DNA from: an uncultured Burkholderiales bacterium | GTDB taxonomy: Bacteria; Pseudomonadota; Gammaproteobacteria; Burkholderiales; Burkholderiaceae_C | Length of the DNA stretch: 39,654 nucleotides | NCBI GenBank assembly: GCA_902826345.1 | Contig: CADEEN010000001.1 | Span: forward strand, 1-39,654 | Reading direction: 5' to 3' | The notes under the pieces: model-generated | The model's database searches: none | Told to the model about the DNA's origin: nothing | What the model saw: the letters and a program-made list of their open reading frames with translations, nothing else | Position numbers and translations under genes: made by a program | Part shown: one piece after another, positions 12,116 to 19,837 of the stretch | Layout: each line of letters opens with the position of its first letter | How positions within the stretch are numbered: the stretch's first letter is position 1

Positions 12116-12985
12116 ATGGACCCGACCGACGCCCGCGCCATCGACACGCTTGCGCGCTGCGGCTTCACGCAGTACCAGACACGCGTCTGGCTGGGCATGA
12201 CCCATGGCTTTCCGGTCACGGCATACGAGCTGGCGCGTCGCTGCGAGCTGCCGCGGCCCAACGTCTATGCCGCGGTCAGAAGATTGGTGGAGCTCGGCGC
12301 CGCCGAGCAGGTGGGGCAGCAGCCCGACACCTACGCACCGACCGACCCGCGCGCCTTCCTGGAGCGCCAGGCCACCGATCTGCGAGACCGCTGCAACGCG
12401 TTGTCGGCGAGCCTGGCGCAGCGTCTGCAGCGTGCCGGCCGCGGCTCGATCCGTACCGCCACGGGCTTGGCCGATTGCGAGGCCCACTTGCGCTCCGAGG
12501 TGCAGCAGGCTCGCAGCTACCTCTGGCTCAAGGGGCGTTCGGCGCAGTTGCTGCGCATCGCCGACGACCTGCGCAGCGCCGGCCGCCGCGGCGTGGCGTT
12601 GAAGTTGATCGTCTTCGGCCGCACCACCGAGCTCAATGCGTTGCTCAAGAAGCTACCCGGCGCCGAGGTCTTCTCGCACGAGGGTAGCGGCCAGCGCATC
12701 ACCGGCGCCACCGATGCGCTGCTGACGCTGGCGCGTGACGGCGAGGCGGTGACGACCTTTTCCTTTTCCTCGCCGCCGCAGTTCACCCACGCACGCGACC
12801 ATCTGCTGGTCTACGTGATCCATTCCTACCTGCTGCACGAGGTCTTCCTGGCCGAGATGGCCACCGCGCCGACCACGGGCGCGCGAGTTCGCGACGAGAT
12901 ACTGCGTTTGCGCAAGCTGCATCGCCCGACGGGCATGGAGAAAACGGTCACTGGTGCGGAAGACCGCCCATTTCACGGACGGTAA
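12116..12985 (+). CDS. TrmB-family transcriptional regulator
   Basis: 289 aa. The N-terminal winged helix LARCGFTQYQTRVWLGMTHGFPVTAYELARRCELPRPNVYAAVRRLVELGA matches the TrmB HTH pattern. It is divergent from the Bug-CoA-transferase-porin operon. Confidence 0.7.
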   Translation: MDPTDARAIDTLARCGFTQYQTRVWLGMTHGFPVTAYELARRCELPRPNVYAAVRRLVELGAAEQVGQQPDTYAPTDPRAFLERQATDLRDRCNALSASLAQRLQRAGRGSIRTATGLADCEAHLRSEVQQARSYLWLKGRSAQLLRIADDLRSAGRRGVALKLIVFGRTTELNALLKKLPGAEVFSHEGSGQRITGATDALLTLARDGEAVTTFSFSSPPQFTHARDHLLVYVIHSYLLHEVFLAEMATAPTTGARVRDEILRLRKLHRPTGMEKTVTGAEDRPFHGR

Positions 12986-13045
12986 GCAGCGCGGGGGCTG
13001 AGCAGCGCGAACGCAAGCTAGCGGCGTATCCGCGAAACTAACGGC

Positions 13046-13322
13046 ATGACCCCTCTGTTGCACAAGTTGATCGGTTGCATCACCGCGTTGCTGCTCGGCG
13101 CGGCCGCGCCAACCCTCGCGGAAACGCCCACTGTCGAGCCGCAGCGCTACATGGGCCGCGACATCTCTGCGGTGCATCTCTGCGGTGATGGGCTGGCAAG
13201 GTGCGGCCTGGCTCGAACGCGAAGAGCGTGAGCGCGAAGAGCGCACCGATCTGCTGCTGGCCGCGCTGCAACTCGAGCCCGGCATGGTGGTGGCCGACAT
13301 CGGTGCCGGCACTGGCTATCTG
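13046..13322 (+). pseudogene. Remnant of a signal-peptide-bearing class I SAM-dependent methyltransferase, frameshifted and 3'-truncated
   Basis: Frame 1 gives MTPLLHKLIGCITALLLGAAAPTLAETPTVEPQRYMGRDISAV. After the 13-bp duplication the homology continues in another frame: MGWQGAAWLEREEREREERTDLLLAALQLEPGMVVADIGAGTGYL (SAM motif I). Similarity stops at about 13322, so the rest of the fold is missing. Confidence 0.65.
13162..13187. repeat. Perfect 13-bp tandem duplication (CATCTCTGCGGTG x2)
   Basis: Read directly: 13162-13174 is identical to 13175-13187. Removing one copy restores a continuous methyltransferase reading frame. Confidence 0.95.
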
Positions 13323-13351
13323 TATAGAAAGCCACGCAGGCCGCGAGCGCT

Positions 13352-13563
13352 TCAGCCGCCGGGCACGGGTTGCAGCATCAGCCGCGCCACGTCGTCCCAA
13401 GCAAAATAGAAGCTCGGCGGGTGCGCGGTTTTCGCGGCGGGCGCGGAAAGTCCCACACCGAGGTCTGCCCCGGCTTCGGCGTCTGTGCAAACAGCGGAGG
13501 CTGCTGACCGCGCCAGCGCCACTGCGCTCGCGCGCATTCGATCCAGTCGGGCAACGTCGCCAT
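13352..13563 (-). pseudogene. Remnant of a DUF427-family gene with an internal out-of-frame deletion and a 3' truncation
   Basis: From ATG 13563: MATLPDWIECARAQWRWRGQQPPLFAQTPKPGQTSVWDFPRPPR (DUF427 WD[YF]PRPP motif). The frame then breaks. A shifted frame gives KTAHPPSFYFAWDDVARLMLQPVPGG* (the SHPP.YY.P.EDV-like block). About 30 or more residues normally separate these blocks, and the C-terminal third is absent. Confidence 0.55.
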
Positions 13564-13574
13564 TCGGCCAGTCT

Positions 13575-14786
13575 CTACAGATCGCGCGCGCGCCCCGTGA
13601 AGTCGGCCAGCGACAACGACAAGTACTCCGGCACGCACTCGAGGTGGCCGCTCGGCACGGTGGTGCAGTCGGCGAGCGTCACGTCACCGGCGCCACGCGC
13701 GCGCATCGCCGCAAGCGCCGTCGTCGAGGCGGCGTAGGGCACGGTCAGGTCGTCGCGGCCGTGGAACAGGCGCACCGGCACCGCGGGCGCCCAGTCGTGC
13801 ACGTTGCTCGTGCGCTCGATGGCCGCGCGGTCGTCGGCCAGGTAGTGGTCGAGCAGCGTCAGGTCGAAAGCGACGTCGGCCTCCTCCGGCAACAGCGCCT
13901 TGCGCAACAGCTCGCGCACGGCCACACGCACCGCCGCGCTGGCGTCCTTCAAACGCTCGGGGTCGATCAGCGCGCCGAGCACCGGGTCGGCTTCACGCAC
14001 GCGGCGCAGCAACTCGTCGAGCGTCACGCCGGCGTCGTACGGCCCGGCGCCCGGCGCGGTGGCCACGAGCGCCGTCAGCAGCGCGCCGCCGGCCGATTGG
14101 CCAGCCATTTGCAGCGCGCGGTGCGCGGCCATCGTGGCGTAGCCGCCTTCGGAGTAGCCGATCAGGAAAAGCTGGCCGTTGTCGGCGACGCCGTTTCGCG
14201 CGCGCCATGTCGTGGCCGCGGTCAGCAGATCGATCACCGCGGCCGCCGTCGGCGCCGCGAGCAGGTACGGGTGCGGCGTGCCCTTCGACGCACCGTAGCC
14301 GACATAGTCCGCCGCAACCACGATGTAGCCCAGCGACGCCAGCACCACGGCGGGCTCCTCGGCAGGCCCCATCGAGCCGGCGCGGTTGCTCGGCGCTTCT
14401 TTGTCCTGCTCGATCGTGCCGTGCTGGTAGCTCAGCACCGGGCTCTTCGCCCCGGCACTCTTCACCGGCACGCTGACCAGGCCCGAGGCAACGATCGGCC
14501 GGCCCTGGGCGTCGATCGTGCGGTAGGTCAGGCGGTGGTTGATGACTTCGTAGCGCGGCACGAGTCCCGCGGTCTTGCTGTCCGGCGCCTGCACGGCGGC
14601 GCTGATGTCGGCCACGGCAACGCGGTTGATCTGCGCCGCCGATTCGAGCCGGCCGGGCTCCGTCGGCTCGCCAGCCGCGGGCGGCGCCGCGTCGCCGTCC
14701 GAACCACCACCGCCGCAGGCAGCGAGCAGCATCGGCAGCAGCAAGCAGCGCAGCAGGTTTCGCAGCCGCACGCACATCATCATCAT
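13575..14786 (-). CDS. Secreted lipoprotein, alpha/beta-hydrolase (lipase/esterase-like)
   Basis: Start at a run of four ATG codons (MMMMCVRLRNLLRCLLLPMLLAACGGGG; lipobox LLAAC). Nucleophile elbow GYSEGG, later HGRDDLTVP (Asp) and PSGHLECV (His), in Ser-Asp-His order. Confidence 0.75.
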   Translation of the reverse strand: MMMMCVRLRNLLRCLLLPMLLAACGGGGSDGDAAPPAAGEPTEPGRLESAAQINRVAVADISAAVQAPDSKTAGLVPRYEVINHRLTYRTIDAQGRPIVASGLVSVPVKSAGAKSPVLSYQHGTIEQDKEAPSNRAGSMGPAEEPAVVLASLGYIVVAADYVGYGASKGTPHPYLLAAPTAAAVIDLLTAATTWRARNGVADNGQLFLIGYSEGGYATMAAHRALQMAGQSAGGALLTALVATAPGAGPYDAGVTLDELLRRVREADPVLGALIDPERLKDASAAVRVAVRELLRKALLPEEADVAFDLTLLDHYLADDRAAIERTSNVHDWAPAVPVRLFHGRDDLTVPYAASTTALAAMRARGAGDVTLADCTTVPSGHLECVPEYLSLSLADFTGRARDL

Positions 14787-14967
14787 GAGTGATCGTACTG
14801 CGCCGCGCTGCGCGTCGACGTGGCAAGGCCTTTCGTGCAGCGCTGGCGTGCCCGCGCGCAGCGGGCGTGAACTGTTGCCTCCAGCGCGCGCGTGCGCAGA
14901 CGTAATCTTCGCTGCGGCCCCTCGCACTGCGTGGCCCCGCACTTGTTCTTCACGTCACATCCACACC

Positions 14968-15828
14968 ATGCCCATGCCGACTGTCGTTCACGTTTCGCGC
15001 GCCGCCGCGCTCGCCGCTGTGTTGCTCATCACCGCCTGCGCCTCGACCGAGCCGGCCGAAGGCCCGCCGCGCAAGGAAACCGTGCTGGCCGCCACGGTGG
15101 GTGGCGAATTGATTCGCTTCAACGCCGGCCAACCGTCACGCGTGTTGTCGCGCGTGACGGTCAGCGGCCTGGACAGCGGCGACCGCCTCGTCGGCATCGA
15201 CTTCCGCATGTCGCGCGGCGTGCTCTTCGCGCTCTCGGCGCGCGGCCGGCTGTACACGCTCGACACGGCCAGCGGCAAGCTGACGGCGGTGGGCCCGGGC
15301 GTTGCGCAGTCCGCTGCCGACCAGGCCGTCGGCTTCGACTTCAACCCGGCGGCCGACCGCATCCGTGTCGTCACGGCGAGCGGGCGCAACCTGCGCCTGC
15401 ACCCGGACAGCGGCGCGCTCGCCGCCGAAGACCCGGCCTTGCGCTATGCCGACGGCGACGCCGCGGCGGGCACGCCGGCACGCGTCGCGGCGGCAGCCTA
15501 CACCTACAACAACACCGACCCGAAGCTGACCACCAACTACGCGCTCGACCTCGCCCGCGGCACGCTCGTGCGCCAGGGCTCGGTCGAAGGCAAACAACCC
15601 GCCGTCTCGCCGAACACCGGCCTGCTGGCCACCGTCGGCGCGCTCGGCACGGGCGCGGTGGACGACGCCGCGTTCGACATCGCCGATGTCAGCAACGCGG
15701 CGCTGGCCGCGCTGCGCCGCGGCGGCGTGACGCAGTTGCACCTGCTCGATCTGGCCAGCGGCCGCGCCACGCCACTCGGCCGTGTCGGCGACGGGCAGGC
15801 GCTGACCGGTCTGGCGATCGAGCCCTGA
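14968..15828 (+). CDS. DUF4394-domain lipoprotein
   Basis: Start at MPMPTVVHVSRAAALAAVLLITACAS (lipobox). LVGIDFRMSRGVLFALS...GFDFNPAADRIRVVTASGRNLRLHPDSG...AYTYNN...TNYALD match the DUF4394 repeat pattern. The upstream part of track ORF 14575.. is antisense to the lipase gene and is discarded. Confidence 0.75.
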   Translation: MPMPTVVHVSRAAALAAVLLITACASTEPAEGPPRKETVLAATVGGELIRFNAGQPSRVLSRVTVSGLDSGDRLVGIDFRMSRGVLFALSARGRLYTLDTASGKLTAVGPGVAQSAADQAVGFDFNPAADRIRVVTASGRNLRLHPDSGALAAEDPALRYADGDAAAGTPARVAAAAYTYNNTDPKLTTNYALDLARGTLVRQGSVEGKQPAVSPNTGLLATVGALGTGAVDDAAFDIADVSNAALAALRRGGVTQLHLLDLASGRATPLGRVGDGQALTGLAIEP

Positions 15829-16469
15829 TGCTGCACGCGAACCGGCAACGACGCGACCTGCTCGGCCTGCTCGGCTTGCAGGCTGCATCGTTGCTGCCCG
15901 CGCTGACGCGCGCCGCGGCGCCGAACGCGCCGCTCGACATCCGCGTCACCGACGCTGCCGGCAAGCCGGTCAGCGGCGCCGTCGTCTTCCTCGATTCGCC
16001 GCAGGCGCGCGAGCAGGTGCGGCCGCTGGCCGGCGCCGAAGTGGCGCAAGCCGAGCGCCGCTTCACGCCGGCGGTGAGCGTGGTCACCGTCGGCACCGCG
16101 GTGACATTTCCGAACCTCGACACGGTGCGCCACCACGTCTACTCGTTCTCGCCGACGAAGCGCTTCGAGATCAAGCTCTACGTCGGCACGCCGGCCGCGC
16201 CGGTGGTCTTCGACCAGCCCGGCATCGCCGTGCTCGGCTGCAACATCCACGACCAGATGGCGGCGTGGATCGTCGTCGTCGCCACGCCGTGGTTCGGCCG
16301 CAGCAACGACGCCGGGCGTTGGGCCGCCGCCGCCGCGCCGCCGGGCCGCTACACGCTGCGCGCCTGGCATGCCGGCATGCCGGTGGGCGCGGCGCCGGTG
16401 GAGCAAGCGCTGACGGTCGATGCCGCGGGCGCGCGTGGCGTGGTCACGCTGCCGTCGATCAAGGCATGA
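15828..16469 (+). CDS. Tat-exported cupredoxin-like protein with an amicyanin-type type-1 Cu site (often annotated as methylamine utilization protein)
   Basis: Start at MLHANRQRRDLLGLLGLQAASLLPALTRAAA (twin-arginine motif). Candidate ligands are VRHHVYSF and GCNIHDQM (C-x2-H-x2-M; Cys codon at 16239-16241). The ATG overlaps the upstream TGA by 1 nt (15826-15830). Confidence 0.75.
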   Translation: MLHANRQRRDLLGLLGLQAASLLPALTRAAAPNAPLDIRVTDAAGKPVSGAVVFLDSPQAREQVRPLAGAEVAQAERRFTPAVSVVTVGTAVTFPNLDTVRHHVYSFSPTKRFEIKLYVGTPAAPVVFDQPGIAVLGCNIHDQMAAWIVVVATPWFGRSNDAGRWAAAAAPPGRYTLRAWHAGMPVGAAPVEQALTVDAAGARGVVTLPSIKA

Positions 16470-18868
16470 CGGCGATGCCTGACCCGCGCAAGCTGCTCGC
16501 CGGCTGGCGCCTGTCGACGCGCATGGTGGTGCCGTCGCTGCTGCTGCTGCTGGTGCTGCAACTCGCCGGCCTGGCCGTGATCCGCGGCGGCGTCGATGCC
16601 AACGCGCGCGCGCAGCTTGCCGAGCGGCTGGTGGTCAGCGAGCGCATCTGGCAGCGCTTGCTCGAACAGCGCGCGGCCAAGCTCGGCCAGGGCGCGGCGC
16701 TGCTGGCCGCCGACTACGGCTTGCGCTCGGCGATCGGCAGCGCCGACGAAGAAACGATCCACTCCGCGCTCGACAACCACGGCGCGCGCATCGATGCCGC
16801 GCTGACGGCGCTGCTCGACACCGAGCTGGCGGTGCGCACGGTGTCGCACGGCGAAGATGCGAGCCTGCGGCCGGCCACCGCCGTGCTCGGCACGATCGCG
16901 CCGCAGCTGGCCACCGACGGCGCGGCGATCGCGATGGTCGGCGCGCGGCCGTACCAGTTCGTCATGGTGCCGGTGCGCGCGCCGCTGGTCATCGGCTGGG
17001 TGGCGATGGGCTTCGAGCTGGACCGCGGGCCGATCGACGATCTGCATGCCGTCTCCGGCCTGCACGGCGTGCTCGTGGTGGCGCAGACCGACGGCACAGC
17101 AGCGCGCGTGCTGCACGCCAGCGTGCCGCCGGCGCTGGCGGCCGACGTGCTCGCCGGCGCAGTGGCTGCCGCTGCCGGTCAGCCGATGTCGGAGGCCAGC
17201 GTCGGCGACGCGCCCTACCTGCTGCGCCCGGTGGCGGTGTCGTCCGGCGCGCAGGGCCGCGTGCAGTTGCTGCTCGCCGGCTCGATCGACGACGCGGTCT
17301 CGCCGTACCGCGCGCTGCAATGGACGCTGGCGCTGCTGACGCTGCTCGGCGTGGCGCTGTTCGGCGTCGGCAGCGCCTGGACCGCCGGCCACGTGACACG
17401 GCCGCTCGGCGCGCTGGTGCAGGCCAGCATGCGCCTGGGCCGCGGCGACTATGCCTCGCCGATCACCCACACCGGCGACCGCGGCGAGGTCGGCGACCTG
17501 GCGCGCGCCTTCGACCACATGCGCAGCAACATCGCCACGCAGCAGCAGGAGATCCGCCAACTCGCGTACTGGGACCGGCTGACCGGCCTGCCGAACCGCC
17601 TGCAGTTCCGCGACGCCGTGGTGGCCGCGGTGGAGGCGGGTGAGAACGGCACCGGCAGCCAGCGCGAAGGCCTGGCGGTGATCATGCTCGACCTCGACCG
17701 CTTCAAGCATGTCAACGACGTGCTCGGCTACGCCTCCGGCGACCGCCTGCTGCAGGGCGTGGCCGAGCGCCTGCGCAGCGTCGTGCGCGACGTGGACACC
17801 GTGGCGCGGCTGGGCGGCGACGAGTTCGCGCTGCTGCTGCCCGAAGCCGACGCGGCCCTCGCGCAGGACGTGGCGCGGCGCATCGGCGCCGCCTTCGAAG
17901 CGCCGCTGAACCTCGACGACCACCGCGTCGATCTGTCCGCCGGCCTGGGCATCGCACTGTGGCCGGCGCACGGCCCCGACGCCGACACGCTGCTCTCGCG
18001 CGCCGAGGTGGCGATGTACGCCGCCAAGCGCCGCACCGCCGGCGCGCAGGTGTATGACGCGTCGCAGGACCACGCCAGCGCGCAGAACCTGTCGCTGCTG
18101 ACGGAGTTGCGCCAAGCCGTCGACGAAGGCCAGTTGCGTCTGTTCCTGCAACCGAAGATCGCGGTGGCCAGCGGCGCGTTGTGTGGCGCCGAGGCGCTGG
18201 TGCGTTGGCAGCACCCGACACGCGGCCTCGTGCCGCCGATGGACTTCATTCCGTTCGCCGAGCAGACCGGCTTCATCCGCCAGCTCACGCTGTGGATGTT
18301 CGGCGAACTCGCGCGCCGGCAATCGGCGCTGGCGGCGATGGGCGTGGCCCGTGTGGCCATCAATTTGTCGACGCGCGACCTGCTCGACAACGAGCTGCCG
18401 GAAAAACTCGATGCCCTGCTGCAACGCCACGGCGCCACTGCGTCGCGGCTGTGCCTGGAGATCACCGAGAGCGCGATCATGGACGACCCCGAGCGCGCCG
18501 AAGCGACGTTGAAGCGCCTGGCCGAGCGCGGCTTCAAGCTGTCGATCGACGACTTCGGCACCGGATACTCATCGCTGGCGTATCTGAAGCGGCTGCCGGT
18601 GCACGAGCTGAAGATCGACAAGAGTTTCGTCATGGCGATGGAGCGCGATGCCAGCGACGCCAAGATCGTGCGCTCGACGGTCGATCTGGCGCATGCGCTC
18701 GGGTTGACGGTGGTGGCCGAGGGTGTCGAGAACTCGTCGATCCTGGCGCAGTTGCGGGTCCTTGGTTGCGATGACGCGCAAGGCTTTCATTTCGCCAAGC
18801 CACTGGCGTTCGATGCGTTTGGGGCTTGGGTGGCGACGCATGCGGAGCGTTGTGCTGTCGTCGCTTGA
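16466..18868 (+). CDS. Membrane sensor with a periplasmic domain, HAMP, GGDEF (diguanylate cyclase) and EAL (c-di-GMP phosphodiesterase)
   Basis: Start at MTAMPDPRKLLAGWRL (ATGA overlap with the upstream stop). Layout: TM1, then about 290 aa of periplasmic domain, then TM2 (WTLALLTLLGVALFGVGSAW). HAMP is RPLGALVQASMRLGRGDY. RDVDTVARLGGDEFALLL carries an RxxD I-site 5 residues before GGDEF. EALVRW, DDFGTGYSS, KIDKSF and EGVE are also present. Confidence 0.92.
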   Translation: MTAMPDPRKLLAGWRLSTRMVVPSLLLLLVLQLAGLAVIRGGVDANARAQLAERLVVSERIWQRLLEQRAAKLGQGAALLAADYGLRSAIGSADEETIHSALDNHGARIDAALTALLDTELAVRTVSHGEDASLRPATAVLGTIAPQLATDGAAIAMVGARPYQFVMVPVRAPLVIGWVAMGFELDRGPIDDLHAVSGLHGVLVVAQTDGTAARVLHASVPPALAADVLAGAVAAAAGQPMSEASVGDAPYLLRPVAVSSGAQGRVQLLLAGSIDDAVSPYRALQWTLALLTLLGVALFGVGSAWTAGHVTRPLGALVQASMRLGRGDYASPITHTGDRGEVGDLARAFDHMRSNIATQQQEIRQLAYWDRLTGLPNRLQFRDAVVAAVEAGENGTGSQREGLAVIMLDLDRFKHVNDVLGYASGDRLLQGVAERLRSVVRDVDTVARLGGDEFALLLPEADAALAQDVARRIGAAFEAPLNLDDHRVDLSAGLGIALWPAHGPDADTLLSRAEVAMYAAKRRTAGAQVYDASQDHASAQNLSLLTELRQAVDEGQLRLFLQPKIAVASGALCGAEALVRWQHPTRGLVPPMDFIPFAEQTGFIRQLTLWMFGELARRQSALAAMGVARVAINLSTRDLLDNELPEKLDALLQRHGATASRLCLEITESAIMDDPERAEATLKRLAERGFKLSIDDFGTGYSSLAYLKRLPVHELKIDKSFVMAMERDASDAKIVRSTVDLAHALGLTVVAEGVENSSILAQLRVLGCDDAQGFHFAKPLAFDAFGAWVATHAERCAVVA

Positions 18869-18923
18869 GTCTGTGGAGAGCGCAAAGCCATGGGCGGGTG
18901 CGCGGTGTCGCGCCACAGCGGCG

Positions 18924-18946
18924 GTCGGCGCCAAAGGCGCGCCGAC
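18924..18946. terminator. GC-rich hairpin between the convergent GGDEF/EAL and iolB genes; candidate bidirectional terminator
   Basis: GTCGGCGC (18924-18931) pairs with GCGCCGAC (18939-18946), giving an 8-bp stem and a 7-nt loop. There is no U-tract on either strand, so terminator function is uncertain. Confidence 0.3.
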
Positions 18947-19018
18947 TGCGCAACGGGCGTCGAATCCGCAGCCCCACAGCGGCCGGCCAAGCCTTGCCAA
19001 CGCACACAACATCGCGAG

Positions 19019-19837
19019 TCACCGCTTCGACGGCTCGCCCAGCATCCACTCATGCGCCGGATCATTGCGAAACACCCACAGCCGCTGCGGCCCGGCCATG
19101 ACGTTCAGGTAGTACGAGTCGTAGCCATGCGGCACGACGACCGGGTGGTAGCCGCGCGGCACCATCACCACGTCGTGGTCCTCCACCGCCATCGACTCGT
19201 CGAGGCTGCGGTCGTCGGTGTAGACGCGCTGGAAAGCGAAACCCTGCGCCGGGTTCAGGCGGTGGTAGTAGGTTTCTTCGAGCTGCGTTTCGGTGGGCGG
19301 CGTTTCGCTGTCGTGCTTGTGCGGCGGGTAGCTCGACGAGTGGCCGGCCGGCGTGCGCACCTCGACGACGAGCAGATGCGCGGCGGTCGGGTCGTCGTGC
19401 GGCAGCACGTCGCAGATAAAACGCGTGTTGCTGCCCTGGCCGCGCGTGCTGCGGCGCATCGCCGTCGGGTCGAGGCGTTTGACCTGACGCGGCGCGCCGT
19501 CGCAGGGCGCACTGCACAGCGCGACTTCGGCGTCGCTCGTGGCAGTGACCGCGACGCGCTGCTGCGGCGGCACATAGACGGCATCCGGTGCGCGGTCGTC
19601 GAAAACATGCTTGCGCGTGCCGAGGTTCGTCAACGACTGGTTGCCCGCCTGCACATCGACCTTGCCTGCGAGCACGACGATGCAAAGCTCGCGCGCGCCG
19701 GTGTCGAGTGCCTCGCTCTCGCCGGCTTTCAAACGCAGCGCACGAAAGCCGACATGCGCCCAGCCGGCGCGCTCGGGCGTGACGTTGACGATCTCGCGGC
19801 CGTCGCGCCGCGCCTTGGCCAGCAGCGGGCTCGTCAC
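19019..19837 (-). CDS. iolB: 5-deoxy-glucuronate isomerase
   Basis: 272 aa cupin-type IolB (GWAHVGFRALRLKAGES...YPPHKHD...EETYYH...YHPVVVPHGYDSYYLNVMAGP). A 4-nt overlap with the iolE stop. Confidence 0.9.
   Translation of the reverse strand: MTSPLLAKARRDGREIVNVTPERAGWAHVGFRALRLKAGESEALDTGARELCIVVLAGKVDVQAGNQSLTNLGTRKHVFDDRAPDAVYVPPQQRVAVTATSDAEVALCSAPCDGAPRQVKRLDPTAMRRSTRGQGSNTRFICDVLPHDDPTAAHLLVVEVRTPAGHSSSYPPHKHDSETPPTETQLEETYYHRLNPAQGFAFQRVYTDDRSLDESMAVEDHDVVMVPRGYHPVVVPHGYDSYYLNVMAGPQRLWVFRNDPAHEWMLGEPSKR

Noticed and set aside
14775-14786. Four consecutive ATG codons (CATCATCATCAT on the plus strand) at the lipase start as a possible phase-variation tract
   Set aside because: Slippage of a trinucleotide repeat keeps the reading frame, and four units is too short for contingency-locus behaviour. 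It is probably just alternative start codons.
16349-18430. 693-aa minus-strand ORF antisense to the GGDEF/EAL gene
   Set aside because: Same reasoning. The plus-strand frame carries HAMP, GGDEF and EAL motifs. The antisense product is Arg/Ala/Gln-rich with no motifs.
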